Positions 22,601 to 37,703 of a stretch of DNA of 64,000 nt are shown piece by piece (the stretch's first letter is position 1; the number at the start of each line of letters is the position of its first letter). The notes beneath the pieces are model-generated. The model did not search any database and was not told the DNA's origin. It was given only the letters and a program-made list of their open reading frames with translations. Source of the stretch: Balanoglossus misakiensis (lineage: Eukaryota > Animalia > Hemichordata); assembly GCA_040954595.2 (NCBI GenBank), contig CM082591.2, positions 5,177,009 to 5,241,008 of the forward strand, read 5' to 3'. Both the position numbers and the translations under genes were made by a program.

Positions 22601-24255
22601 AATGCAAAGAATAGATACCAGCTGTCCTTGCTCGACTGGAGTGATGTAAACACAACGTACTCAACATGATAAAATATTTCATTAAAACGACTTTTCATTG
22701 GCCGTTCAGCATAACAAAACATCACCATGTCCAAAGACCTCCAAAGATTTTACCACGTCCAAATTGGAAATGTTCGTTAATAAAATTAATTAAGATTCAA
22801 ACCATGGTCATTGCGAGAGTTGTTAATTACCATGTTGACACAACATGGAGCAGTTTGAACTATAAAACTTTCTAATTGTCAATGTTTTCACTTGAATAGC
22901 TGGATATAAAGTGCAACATAATTCTTTCGACCATCGGACAATCTCTTCAAAGTATAAACATTTAATAAAGTCTAATTTGTTGCCCTCGAGTTAATACAGT
23001 ACATGTATTAACGTTCTTGAAAGAAAATGTGTCTACAGTTATCAGTTGTGACAGATTGAAAGTTGTCCTCATGAATATTGGCACTGCGCGCTCAAAAACG
23101 ACACGACTGTGTTCTTCTGAAAATACACTGCGAGAAGAACTGTCACCAGTTGAGCATATTTTTTTGTGATTCTCTTTTTTCAACTCGTGTAAAATCGACT
23201 TTCGGGTAAGTAGTACGCGGGGAATCTTATCTGACGATTTTGCGCGTGACAATCCTCTCTCAAGTAAAATGTCAGCCATGAACAGATTAGTGTGGACTTA
23301 TAGCTGTTGCTTCTCAATAAATCACCTAAGGATCTTAGATTTCATGCTATGCTGTGTGAAAACAAGCGCGTCACAAAACAAGACTTAGCAGAATCGAGCA
23401 ACAGGTGAAGGGGAAACTAAACCACTTCTTAGCATTTCCCGAGAGGTGACTTAATCGAATCAGAAAAGGGCATGGTGTCAGCAGATTGGACAAAGAGAAC
23501 TTTGCGTTTCCAAAGTCTCGCCTCAGTACATTTTGTCAGTCGATTAGCTGGTTAAGTACACGGTATTTCAGATTTAAGCCGAACGGTACCTGTTGTCAGT
23601 GACGGTGGTCCCAAGTGCCGCTGGTCATCCCAGGTCTCCGAAGAACCATTCGGGAGCGCCTGCTATCGAAACTCCTGCCGGAACGTCACGGATAAAGGGT
23701 AACAGTTTACTGTTTCCGTCATGGGCCCGCGGTTGCGGGACTCTTCCGATGTTTGTCCGAAACCCACGAATCGAGACCGCTGAAAGCACGCCCATATCCG
23801 CCAGCGCCGCACGTGAACCCAGTTCACGTGTCACCGGTACATACACAGTGAAGAATGGGCGATGGGAGCGTACGGCTGTCGCTTTTAGTCAGCCTTTAGT
23901 CGTTAAGGACTTGTCACTGCATTTGTGTCTCCTCCAATTTGCATGACGCGATATTGAAAGGTTAATTAGCTTTATATGGTCTTTCACAAGCGCCGTGCGC
24001 ACCGAATTCCAGCCTGCCCGCCTTTGTATTATAACATCACTTCACTGATGAGCGCAAATTCCTGCACTATCACGCGCGCACCCCCTGCCAACGGCTAAAA
24101 CGCAACTCCACAGTATACTCCATGGGAAAAATCTCGACAAACAAAAGCCTTTGGTGAAACGATTTTCCAAGTCGTTCATCGATAATTCCAAGTTAATTCC
24201 GACACAATGCGAGTAGCACAACATTGTGGCTACGTCGGCTCAAAGTTAACTTTTA

Positions 24256-24454
24256 GGGGAAAACCATTTGATTGGTGGCAGGGGGGGGGATTTGGGTACG
24301 CCTGCAAGTTTTTTCAGTCACCGTTACAGCAAAACGTTCACCTTTTCCCTGAAGGCATTACAGTAGAAATTTTTTCCTCATCACCATCTGCCAACAATTG
24401 TTTGCTTCCACAAATCCCCCATCACCCTCCCACGGAAATCAAATGGTTCTCCCC
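24256..24454. mobile_element. PIF/Harbinger (Tourist-like) MITE
   Basis: TIRs GGGGAAAACCATTTGATT ... AATCAAATGGTTCTCCCC, with a TTA duplication on both sides (24253-24255 and 24455-24457). Confidence 0.75.
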
Positions 24455-27400
24455 TTAGACGCTAGACATGAAGATTCTTTTGATGTTGTACGCATTTGGG
24501 TCGTTGACTTTTGGAGGATTACTCCGCCCAATTTAATAGCGGCAAACTTTTTTTCCAAACCGCATTCCGAAATCTCAAATCGTCAAGACATGAGAGTGGA
24601 AATGCGCTAGCTTTCGTCCAACTGTCAACAACCCTTGAAGCATGCAGACAGTTAAATGTTGAGTATAGCTCCAACTATCTAAGCCGAAACAATGGCCTTA
24701 ACGCTTAATTAGGGAAAGCAAACACAATTAAGATTTCCACCAAAGCCGAACTTCAGTTAAACGCTAATTATTCGCTCTTCAGTTCGCGAACCGTTATGTA
24801 AAGAACATGCACAGGGACGTGAAATCGCGTTATAGCTACAAGTCCCACTAATTGTTAGAAACTGTGTAAGTCTTCAGGGGGTGGGGTGAACGTCCCCTAT
24901 CTTTCCTCGACAGCACACTACACGAAATGAGCTGCGCACTACCAAACAGCGTGCTCTTTTTTCCGAAGTCGAACACCGTTATCTACACGCATTCGTCTTA
25001 CTTCAGATGGTGTAGTCAACGCAGTGTAGTAATATATCAAGCTGGCTAGATGTAACCTTCTCTGACTCATTCAAATTGTTTAAAGGGATACTAGCTGTGG
25101 TTTTAAAGGGGCACAAGCTGTGATTTTTTGCACAAGAAATTGTGTTTGTTTTACTTCCTATAATTTGGGAAAATTTACGCAGTTTTGTGTTAACATAGCC
25201 TATACATGTGCGTATGTGTTATTGTCATTGTCGACATGATTCATTTATAGTCCGGACTTGAATTCATTTTTCATCCAGTACTGACTGTGCACAGACAGGC
25301 CATCTGGAAAAGCCAAAAACGGGGATTTCATTGGGCCACTGGTTTTGAGAAAAGGGGCACCTTTTTAAATGAACAAGATTTGAAACAATAACAAAAAGCC
25401 AAAGTTAGAGCTCATGGCGCTTTAGTCTCAAATAACGACCACAGATAATTGTCGTCCGGGATTTCAAAATAAGGTACACCGAATGATAGCCGGTAGCGAT
25501 TAGCAAAGATGGCCAGTCAAAGAAAAGACGTGATGCGTCCCTCACGGCGACTCGTAAAAATTGTCAAGCGGTCGTCAACTCGCCGAACCGTGACGCCCAT
25601 GCACCGCGCACGTAACATCTGTTAACTCATTAAGAAAACCAATATACATTTACTCGTGGGCACATAAGTTTACATGTGTGGACATTGCATTTCTCTTAAG
25701 TGGTTTTAGATTCTTCAAGTTGGAGACCGAGAACAGAGCGAGGAACAATCTCCGATTCTCAAGTGGTGGTGGTATTCATTGTTAGAGGTCTGTACTTCAT
25801 TTGACTTGTTGTTCAGCTGGGTCCTTCAAGACTGCCGTTGATTGTACCCCGAATAAATGTCGAGAGGGGGTATATTGTCCGCGGAGTACAAAGGTCCCTC
25901 GGCAGCTCATACATGTGAAAAGGTGAGTAGAATGGCGTCAACTTTGCTGTGTCTTCTTCACGGATGTTTTAGATGTCTCGCTGATTCCACAGTTGCCTTG
26001 CAACCGATGGTGAGACTGAACTCTACTCGCTCGAAACGCATTTTTTGTTGAGATTTTTTTTTGTAAAAGAAGCGCCCATCGCCTTGGAGCATCGGATGTT
26101 CAACATAAATTCGAGTAGCCACGTTGAATGCTCCTCACCTTGACTAAGCAAGGTTGTAACTTTTACGACTTTCTTTTTTTCAAGACAATTGGGAACCACG
26201 TCAGTTGCTGCTAAACACTGACACAAGGACGGTAGTTTCTAGGCCTGTAGCGCGCCAAACACAAATCGCCTGATAGTCAGGATGACACATTTCATCGAGT
26301 CCTGCGGCTTGAAATACAAATGTATCTGCCTTTTATTTCAGTCAACACGCGTGCTATTGTCTCGGCTTTTTTTTAAAACACGATATGTTCGTATACCTCC
26401 TTTAAGGAGAAATCGATGCAACCAGAAAATGACAATCTTGATTGGTATTTCGTTAACAAGAAAACAGTTGTGATGCGCAAGCGCAAACTGTTTAATGAAA
26501 GCTCTTGCGTCGAGGTCATAGTAATCGAATACAGCAGATTGGATAAAATCCAATATCGTCATGTACATGTACATTTAATAAAAGTGGATTTTTTTTCTGT
26601 TCTAACATTTTCGCTTTCCAAGGTCAAAACATATTACTCTGACGCAAGTATATTTTTTAAAGTAAATTACACGTGTTCAGCTGAGGGGTATTGGAACGAA
26701 TGCGTACCCGCTCACGGACAGAGTTGATCAGATAATGCCGGCGACATGATTTCACCCACCCGTGCATATGTTTCGCTTCCGTCAGTAAATCTCGGTTTTC
26801 GTCAAGTACTGATAAAGATCATCAATGGGGGTCATTTGGAATAAATTAATTTACAAGCAGTGTCGACTTTTAAGGTGACGTACAATCCCAGCTCTTTGGC
26901 CTGAAAATCGTGACACATGTTCTAGATCCAAGATCACCATCTTGCTAGATCTAGATATGTATCAATCAATAACACACACAATGTCAAACTAAGTATATCT
27001 ACTTCTTCCATCTTTAAGCCCATATGTAGTATACACATATAGTTATAATCCCGCTGCTTCTAAAAGCTTTCAGCAAAAGAAGATATACCCGCGTTGATTC
27101 TTAATGACCTATACCCATGTGGTATAAGGTGGACAAAATCAAACTGTGATCGCGACGGCATTCTGGAATGGAAATAACGTGCTAAAACAAATACCAAGGA
27201 TATAACCTCGCAAAAACATTGGGCTTGAATAACACGCTGCGGAAAATTGTTGTCATAAGGAAATAATCACATTTCCGTTGTCATGGACAAACGACATATG
27301 TGTTCGAATTAACCATCATTTTACCTTCCCAAAGGCCAATATATGTACTTATTATCTTGCGTACTTTGAGGGTAATTTGGCTCTGATATTCCCAATGCTA

Positions 27401-27475
27401 TTACTGCGATCGCGAACGAAGCCCCCCGCATTCGTAACAGCGCAGAGTGAGTAAGGAGTTGGTAAATAATGTGCG

Positions 27476-27583
27476 AGTGTGAGTGAATGAGTGGGTGAGT
27501 GAGTGAGTGAGTGAGCGAGTGACTGACTGACTGACTGAGTTTACCCCAAAGGTGTGTGTGTGTGTGTGTGGGGGGGGGGGGGT
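27476..27583. repeat. Compound microsatellite (GAGT)n(GACT)n-(GT)n-poly-G
   Basis: Simple repeats are directly visible. Confidence 0.9.
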
Positions 27584-29279
27584 GATAAGTGTATAGGAAA
27601 ATATACCCACAATTAGTTATGTTGCCTTATGCAACATAATGTACAATATGGTTCATCATAATTATCTGAATATCATCATCTCATATCGGGACTTCCTAAA
27701 ACTGGGCTTTTAGCTATATTAGTGTTAACGTTGCCACAGTAACGCGCTTCGGATTAATCCAAATCCATCAACAGTATGAGGGTCAATTATGACGCAAATA
27801 GATATGGTGTTGTGTAATTTATTTAGGGACCTATCTTTTTCTAATTTTCTTTGTACTTGACTTGGTGCACGATGGAGCAAGTCCAAAGCGCAATAATACA
27901 AAATGCTGAATTGAACTACAGATGTTTTGATATAGGTTCGCAACAAAATAGCATGCGAATCTCATTGACGACACAAGCTAAAAACGTACGATTTCAGGGG
28001 ACGGCACGACGTCACACTTTGATGAGATGAAATGTTTTTGAAGAAAACTAGTCATTCGCCATTGTCTCTCCGAACAATTGTAGGAGGATGTTGCGTGTGC
28101 GTTTACAAGAAAGTAATTAGACACACTTCTACACGCACAAAGAAGTTCTACAAGTTGATGCTGTTGTCCCCCCCCCCCCACCCGATCCGGTCGTTCAACT
28201 CAGGCGCGTAGAGGGCGCGAAAAAATACGAGATGAGTTGCCCAAGAGTCAAAAGGAAGACTTACAAACATAACTCAGATACGTCAGTACATTTAACGTAG
28301 GCGATGCAGCGAACACTCCACACAGTACACGCACCAGGTTCATTGAGTCAATGTTGGTCAATTTCAAACTGTAAGGCTTCCTCACCTGTGTCGTTTGGCT
28401 GTTTTGAATATTTTTGCGATTTTTAGTACTCATAATAGATCATCGTGAAATTCCTAGCCTTGTACTCGTATATAGCTTTAATTCACAAACAGTTTGGCAG
28501 CATTATTATTGCTGGATATTGAATTTAACTTCGGACTCGAATCCATTGTTAAACAACAAAGCCTACGGGAGAAAAACAAGATTCCGTACGTAGTACAGGG
28601 TACCTATACAGCTTGGGTAAAAATCTCTGCCCTCTAATGGCGTCTACATGACTGACTCAACACAGACGCCTGAAGATGGACGATGTCCTGACTTAGACCC
28701 ACAGCGTCATTATGTCATACTTCATGATGAGTACGCCTTCATTGCCGGAGGGCGCTTTACATAATCTACAGGTGGGTAGCCCCAATGAAAGGACTGCGCT
28801 GGTGTCAATGAAGCACCCCCACCTGCTCGCTCAGCGGGCGATAAACACTATATAAAAGCGATAATTACCGAGGATTTGTATGTGGTGTTTAAACACGCAA
28901 TCACGACATGCAGTATGTGTGGAAGTTCTTGAAAAACAAATCCCACACTTGAATTATTTGGGAGAGCGCGGCTTCAGACAGAACGTCGATATCACGCCCG
29001 CATATAGCAACATAGCAACCACAAGATTATGGAGGGAAGACAGGCGTGTCACATACGCAATTTAAAATTCAGTCTTGCAAAAAACAAGCCCATAATAAGG
29101 ACAATAATAGATGAACTTGTGCTAATTGTGTGCATTGATGTGGCCGTAACTGTAATGGGTTATTATTTCGTCCCTTTCTTGTTTTTGTTTTTAAATTACA
29201 GGCTTTATTTTGGGTCCATAAATCTCAAAGGATCTCTATTTTTCTGAAAAGTCCCTGCAATAACCTTGATACCAATTTC

Positions 29280-29877
29280 CCCCTGGGGCAGGTATCACCA
29301 GGTATGTCCCCGAGAGACGTTATTTGGTCACGGCACGCGGCGCTATAAGTGTTAAACTAGTAACGATCAACACCAGATGCCATACCCTGGAGTCCGCCCA
29401 TTCTGCACGTCAGTTCATCCACTGGGAACAATTTTGAGGCATTCACCTCTTCTTCACAACAACATGTGTGTTATGACAAATTGGCTAACTATAGCCCTGC
29501 TGCCCGGGAAGTCCAGCCAGATCCATCACATTGACCACAAAAACACCAACAACCGACAAGCCACTGACGCAAGCGTCGCTGTTGCCGTTTGGAACGCCGG
29601 GGGAGCTCCCACTTTTTCATACATCCTACAAGGATGTTCGGATCGACAAAGTTCAAACCTCAACCGATGTATATACTCCGAAACTGAACTCATTCTTGGG
29701 GATTTCTTATCACATTTTGTCCTTCGAGTCATTTACCGTTTTTTCCTATGTAATCGACCCACAATTAGTCGTCCCATGCTTTAGTTATTTTTGTGGGAAA
29801 ATATGGGGCCTATCCGGGCGGCACATACCCGGTCCATAGTCTTCTATCGGAGCCCCCCCCCCCCTCCACCCGGGGGC
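29280..29877. mobile_element. Possible degenerate element with CCCGGG(G) termini; related fragment at about 59391-59600
   Basis: The right end GGCACATACCCGGTCCATAGTCTTCTATCGGAGCCCCCCCC..CCCGGG resembles the reverse complement of CCCCCGGGG..GGGTACTCCTATGGGAAGATGTACGGGTATATGCC in methyltransferase intron 3. The left boundary is uncertain. Confidence 0.4.
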
Positions 29878-32800
29878 GTCCGCCCCAACGATTTTAGGAA
29901 ATGACCTGGACTTCTGACTTCCGAATATACCCGATCTATTTCCATTCCCGCGAAAACAAGGATTTTAAAACGCAATTAGAACCACCGTGCCCCCGGGGCA
30001 TGTGTTTAACCACTTGTAGGTCTTGAACAGGCATATGTTGGCCGCGGCCTGTGCGTAACCCGAGACAAGTTTTTCCTCTCCCTCGCTGATTGCATAACAG
30101 GCAGTTGAAAGGGTATGGCCTTAGTAAGTCGCGTACAAACCAGCAGAAATGTGGCGAACATGGTTTAGCATGTGCCTCCCCAGCGAGTCATAAATTAAAT
30201 TAATTCGATTAAAGGCCTGGGGGTCACGTTTTTGCACACGCGTGGGAAGCCGTCGACAAGTCTACATCGAGATGAACAGAACTCGAAACACGGCAACGAA
30301 ACCTACAGCTGAGACAGGGGGAAAGTGTGTGTTTAAAGAAAAACAGAAAATGACTTGACATCAAGTTGTTTATTCTGTCGAGAGCGAATCAGAGTGGCAA
30401 ACAGCCGGGTAAATGTGACAAGGATATTAAACTGCAATGAACCAACCAGCCTCAGGTTGTCGTGAGCAGATATCTAATTCTATCAATTTTCTCCTACTTG
30501 CTTCTCAGTACGCCCAATAAAACGTGTTGTTAGCAGAAATCTGGACTGAATTAACATCCATTGCAAGGCTATGATTATAATTGATACGAAAGCAAAATTT
30601 TAACTTGATCGTCTGCAAGTTGCCCGTTCAAGTCGGCCATTTTGGCTACAGCAACATGTGCAATTAATCTACACGGCCTTCAAAACGCAAGACAAGTTTT
30701 AACCTCATTCTCACTCAATTGACATTTAGCATATCTAGAAGAAATGAGGCAAAAGTTTTGTTTATTTTAGACCAATTCGCATGAAAATGCGGTACCGTCT
30801 CCCACGTTGCCTCTCTCTGCCAGTGGTTCGAAAAATTACGGAAACAATAGGTCATAATATTCAGACTAAAATTAATTGGGAAACTATACTAATCTGTTTT
30901 TCCATGGATGACTTTCACGCCCAAGAATATCATGTGATAAATGCGTCGACGGTATGAAATTTTACGACCCGAAACGGACGTCTTTGCATTGAGAGATATT
31001 AAAACTTCTTCAGATAATAGGAAGAAACTGCTCAGGGCAAATGTGGTAAATTATCAAAACAAGGCGACTACGAATGTAAGCGCCAACGTTACTTGACGGT
31101 TACATGCTCAAAATGTATCAGACAGCAATCTAAATCTGATCTGTATCGGGCAATGGCCTTTCGCATTGCTTTGTTCATTTGTTGTAGTCTCCCTAAAATC
31201 AAGATGGCGGTGTGGTTGCCAGCCAGTTTTGCCATGTGAACTAGCTAGACCATAATTAATAGTCAGGGCTGTACATTCAATGTTGTCAGGTTTATGGTCC
31301 GTGTTATCACTCCCCGAGTTCATCAACACAGATAAACGCTTGATAAAAGAATCATTAATTCCACGTTATTCGGAAAACTCTGTTACTTTGACCGGTAGCT
31401 CTTGTCGTGCGGGAAAGGTGATGTATTACGCGCTTCTATACGACAGGGGCTATGTACTGTGCATGTGAAGCTGGTTTGCAACTTGCACGTGTGTACTTTG
31501 TTGTTTCTGTTTCAGTGCGTCGTGTAAAAATAATCCGCTGCCGCTGGGATAACGGTATTCTCCGAAGAGCTTATCTGTGAATGTTTAAAAACCTATCACT
31601 GCAGGTGTAGTTTGGATAGATAATACCTTAGCGGTTTTTCGCTGTGCAAACATTGTAGACAGTAATCCCGCCTGAAGATATCATCTGGCTCTCTCACTGT
31701 GACACGTCTGCAGAAAATCGCCTAGGGTTTTAGCACATACCTGTAATGAATGCACGTGGGGGAAAGTCTCGGCGTCACCGTAGCAACCGGTCAGTTGTTT
31801 TATCTTCTTCTACTTCTCCCCCTTCCCTGTGGTTGTGTTTCTGTGAGAATCGCTCACTGCTGTCCAAGCTACGACCTTGCAAGGACGACGACCGGCCTGG
31901 CCCTGGTCAGTGGAGATTCTGCTGAGAACCAGCCGACAAAGTATGTAGTTTCCCGCTCTCCAGTGGCGCTGTCGTCCCCTATCAACTGCGCAGACTCGTC
32001 CAATATTCTGCCAGGGCGGGAAAGAAGCAATTGTCGTCAACAACTGATATCAAGTCTCGGAAATAAGTATTGTTGGCAGTCCCTCCCTAGTGCTGTCCAC
32101 ACGCCGCATAAAACATGCCAGTTTACCTTTAAGTCTAAAGCTGTGGAAATATTCACCATTTTCAAACGTTATTTTGCGTTGCATCGGAATCTTCCCAGAA
32201 ATAATGGTATGGTCCAAACGGGGACAAACATCGTCCGGCTAAATTGGTTACTTTTCAGACCAGGCAACACTGTGACAGTTATGTGTTTACCAGCGTTCAT
32301 TATTTTGTTTTACATGACCCCGCGCCTTATTGACTAGACAAGACTAGTTGCTACAAGTAGAAAAGAAGGATGTAAAAAACGCAGAAATTGATCTAAAGAC
32401 GACTGGCGGTTGAGCACTTGGGAGAAATAAATGAAGCTGCCACGTACAGCGATAAACAGTTCGCCTCGGAATCAAGAGACCGTTTTCTCCTCTTTCGTTT
32501 TAATATTTTACATTACAACATGTCTTGATGACAACACTGCTAAAAAGCATCGAAGAGACGGGGTCACTCTGTCCCGTGGTTGACATGGTTTGACTTGTAA
32601 CGTGGCCGGCCGGATGACAGCCCCGTCCCGCTGTCGTCTCGGAGTAGCACTTATAAACAACTGTGTTTCCACTTGAAAAGATTGAACCGCCGAGGTTACA
32701 GACAGCGCGGAGTCCGTCCTTGGAAACGCAGCCATCACTCATGCAACAATTTGACTAAAGTTCGTCATTTCAGTCCCAGTTATTTCTTTTTCCCACACTT

Positions 32801-35800
32801 CGTTCAAAAGACACATTGCCCGTAATAATATATGAAAGTATGGCAGGAGTGGATTGCAGATGGTTACCTCATTTGCATATTTGACTACGTAGTCTACGTA
32901 GTAACTGTTGCAGTTAAGCCATTTATCAAAACCATCAGTTTATCGTTGGTACTACATGTGTAATTGTTTTGGTGATTTTTAAAGGCAACTATCAGTCAGT
33001 CTGTCATCGGATCTTACGATTCCTGTTTACGGACACTCATTTTGATATATGTCGTAATTTACTCTGAGAATAGATTGTAGAATAAAAATATATATGGCTT
33101 TCTCAAAATATGACAGAATCCTGAAAGGATTTTTGAAGGACGAAAAAAACGCACAAACAGAAGCTGACATCCGTCCAGATCCGGACGATAATTTTTTTTT
33201 TTTTTTTTGACTATATTCCGATCAGTTGTTTTGTATTGCATGAATGAAATTGTGTTTATTTATTATTTTTTATTTGCAAATCTGTATAAAAAGTAACAAA
33301 ATTAAATTACGTGATTCTGGTTTATGAGAAGAGAATTTTATTTGTTTGTTTGCTTTCTTGCTTGCTTACTAGTATTTGATTGTTTGCTGAATAAGAACAA
33401 TTGTATCGCGTCCAACTCTCTTGCAACTATCACAAGGTTCCCATTGAAGTAGGCATTGAAACATTGCACTCAACGTGTCGTGCTAGATATCCTTTAACCT
33501 TGATAGCTTACACAACACTCACTCGCCCCCGTTTATTGTACTCCCGGGCTGTGAGCTCTGGGGACCGGCATTCGACTAATTACATACCTAATCGTGACAA
33601 CATCTCCAGCAGTCCTATTTTTGACAAAGAGAAACCTTCAAAATGCGTCACCGTCGAGAGTTTAATATGCACGCTGGTTTGCCATTAATCGTGTGCGTGA
33701 TTTTTGTAAGACAAATACATAATAATAGTCTCTTAGGAATACGTTTTTTGTCCCCAAAATTATGGAAAATAATAAATAAATACAAATGTCGCGAGTTCAC
33801 AGGAATACGTGTTTTTCTATGGGCGTTTTGAACACGTTATGAGTCTTCGTCTGCTCGGTAAAACCTCAGACCACCTCGGTTGAGATTTGACTCTCAGGAA
33901 TAGGCGACAGAGAAGAAAGGAGACCGCAACTACAGTTCCTGTCACGGGGTCAGAGAGTTTACAGGACGAAACACGACCCACGTCCCAGAAATAACCCGAG
34001 CTCGCCGCATGAACAAGCAAATAAACATGCTCGTTTTTCTTTCCATTGCGCAAGTCAATTAGCTGAAATAACCATGTGGTTTACGAAACACGTCATATCA
34101 TTTCCGAAAAGACACGTTCGGCTTGCGTGGAAGGTATTAAATTCTCCTCAGCAGTCATGAATGTCTGGAACAATAACATTATTATGTAGTATGACCACCG
34201 CCCACCTTACTCCACCACCCGTTTGGGTACGTTACGTGCTTGGGGGAACAGCGTCTCCGTGGTTGCCACAGCAACTTATCCGTCGTCAAAGACGGTATAC
34301 CGGAAAGAGTTGGATGTCTTCAACTGACAATAAAATATACACTTTGCAAGTAAAGCATATCGATGATAGCGAAATCATATGAACGTCGCACCAATAGAAA
34401 TATAGAACATAAACTGACGTACAGACGCGTCTAAAAACACATAAACGTCATGATTACGCAAACTATCTACTTACATGACTGACGAAACTGGGCCGTGGTT
34501 CGATAGTTTGGGATGTGACATAAACAAGTTCTCGAATTTACTACAATTTGAAACTCTGCGTTTCTGCTAACCTCTAGCAAAAAGTCAAAGCATCATCGAT
34601 TTTCCAGTGAACGCGCTAGTGACGTTGAACATCTCTTTTTCAGTCTGGAAATTACTGAAACCGCCGAGATGGAAATAGTTTTGTTTGCTGTTCGATCGTG
34701 TCAATGCTGAACTCTTGTCGAGATTTTCGCGTCTGAATCGAATAACTGTAACATCTGAATCTGTCCACTGATGCGAAAACTTGCCAATTAGGCCAATTAA
34801 CAGTAAGCATTAATGACACTTCATTAGTGACCTCTTTATTGTTTCGTGGAATTTGCCAATTAGTGGAACTTGTTCCGCTAATTACGGGGTTGGGTGCTAC
34901 ATAATGTTAGGCCGCTTTTCAATTTCACGGTTACCTGGGCATTACGTGTCGTGGTTATTGGGAGCTCAAACGCGATAACGATCATACCAGTTCTCGTTCT
35001 GTCACGTGACGTGCGGAGGGGTGGTTTCCAAATCTAAAGGTACACGATGCATGCTGCTGTTGTTGAATATCTCTACAGAAGAAAGAACAACACACCCACA
35101 GTTGCCGTGGTGACTCGGTTTATACTCTTAAATGACACACTCACTGTAATTATCGCTCCGGACTGAACAGAACCAGATTATCAACCAAACAGACAAATAA
35201 CACGGCGAGATTCACGTTCCAGCCAGAAAAAAAACTGTCGCTAGAGGTCGTGTTCCAACAACCCCCACCTGCGTAAACGTAAGAGCAGAGGTATTATATT
35301 TCGCGGTTTTTTGTTTGCTATATAGTGCAAGTTATCTGTTGCACCATAGACGAAATAACATCTCAAATATTGATTTCTATTTTTCAAGGCCGTGGAGAGA
35401 GTCGCTCACTGCTCTGCTGAGTGAAAGGTTTTGTAAGATTTGTTTTGATTGGTCGTCAGATAGGTGTACAACAAGTGCATCAATACTTTAACCAATTGGG
35501 ATACGCGTTCCAAGGCGCTGCACCTAACCCAGAAAATGCGCCGTGGGTTAATAAATAATGCAAATAAGTATAGTGCACCTGACCTTTTTAATGGTCACCG
35601 TGAGAAGCAGTGGCTATCTGTTATAGAACGATGTCCTGACCTTTTGGTGACCTACGACGCCATTCGACACAAAGGAAAATTCTAATCATGATAAACAAAA
35701 GAATCATGTGCAATACGGTCCAGTTATAAAAACAAAAGAAAGCAGGTTTGATCTGATAGCTGGCGACATAGCTCAGTGGGAATGTTCAAATATTTTCGCC

Positions 35801-37659
35801 GGTTAACTAAACCGCGGCGAATCGTATACTGGTATATTCTATATTGGAAAGTTCCCGCGTTAAGGAAAAAGTTGGTGCAAACTCGTTGCGTACGCCTACA
35901 AAATCCGTGTTCCCAATTTCGGATTAATTCAAACACGTTTCAAGTCACATTGGGGTCGCGCGGGTTAATATGGCATAAGACTTATCTGCTTCGAATTGCA
36001 CTAGAATTCGTGCGTCTTGTCGAACATGGCGGCATCGTTCGTGACGTCACTGATGCGCTTGAAGAGTAATGAGGTATCTGGATTATCAACGCACAATGAT
36101 TCTAGAATTTCCCCGGCAAATATACCCGAGTCTGATAAATTTCAAAGGTACACTTATTCCAGTCGTTTCCCCGGGCAGTATCAATGCCTCGATCTGCAAA
36201 CTTGCATGGACGGCAATTTCCCAACAAAGGGGGCAAAAACGCGCGGATGACGTCAGTGCTAATAACATAATCCCTCAGTTAACCCACGGATCAATGTATT
36301 GGTAAACTTTGAAGATTTCAAATGTAAACCGATCACAGAGGTCGCTCTGTATGTGCATGGCCCCGGGGCAACAAGCACTGGTGATGTACGTAATGACATT
36401 TTACAAACACTGCGAGTCGTTCTCCGTGTCCACATTCCTGCGCTATTAATAACTCGCTTATTTTAGTCTTAGAATAATCACAGAAGTTTTCCACTCACAG
36501 CGAGCTTCTGTGCAACGATTTATGTTTCACTCTGCGCAATATCTGCGTCATTACAGGTCCTGGTTGTGTCTTCTATTGAATTAACTTATCTAGAGACTTA
36601 TTCAATTATGGGAACAAAATGCTATTTTCTGTCAACGTGCTCGTTCATCACTTGACTGGTTGTGTGATTGATTGATAATTCGACATTTACACTGAGGTTC
36701 ATTCTCGTATCATTTCTCTATTCTACAAAGTTAATTTATTGTGATATTTTGACAACTTCGAACGAATTTAATTTGGCTTAAAGTGGCATTGACATCATCT
36801 CGTTTTTATACCACGTGATAATCTACCACAACAAGGAGATTTTATGTTCACAGGGGACTTATAGTTGAAAAATATCCAATTGATTGGCGCCATGTGGTTT
36901 AAATTGGAACAAAGAACGAAAAGTTAGTTTAACGCAAAACAAAACGTACAGGTTTTTCACCAGCATAATAAATATCAAACACGTAGTAATCATCAACTCG
37001 GTACCGTTTGTTGGCGAGTTCGGAGATTTACCTGTGATTTTCTATTTGTGTAGAATCCGGACAAACGTGTTTGCCGTCACAGTGGAGACAAACCGTTTTG
37101 AGATCAGTACAAGCAATAAACGAGAGCAAATATTGCCGTCCAGGGAAGTCGTTAAAAATCCAATCCACTATCGATTCGAGCAGGTTCCTTATCGCGATGG
37201 CTCAGTGTTCAAAGCACGTGATAACTTGATTTACGAGAGCACCGCTCGTTTAACCAAAAACGGGGCGGGTGTACTTTCCTACCCTAGGCTTTACAGGGAT
37301 TTGTGGGGATCTATTCAATAAAAATTACTAATCATGAAGAAATTAAGATTAAACGTGAGAAGCGGAAACCTGTCATCTTTGAATCGATGTTCACGTTGAT
37401 TCAGAAATCGCTCATTAAGCGAATCACTGAATTTGAAATCGTTGAAGGCAATGCGCTGACCTGTAGGTTACACTGAGACGACATCAGGTGCATGGGAAAC
37501 GAAAGAGTGGATTTCACTGATTTGTGTCAGATTTGAGACGGTGATTGAATATTAGAAAGATAGATACTGCAACTTGCCTCAACCGACATGTACAATTAAT
37601 TAATTATACCTTTCGAATACGTCTTTTTTCTGTCCTAGTTAAAACTTTAGTTTACGGTT

Positions 37660-37703
37660 TCCAGACTTGTGTGTGTTTTCGCTATGCTCAACACAAGTCT
37701 GGA
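37660..37703. repeat. Short perfect inverted repeat (micro-MITE remnant)
   Basis: TCCAGACTTGTGT ... ACACAAGTCTGGA, a 13-bp stem. Confidence 0.6.

Noticed and set aside
31750-32337. 195-aa ORF
   Set aside because: No recognisable domain, composition typical of non-coding sequence and no supporting splice structure.
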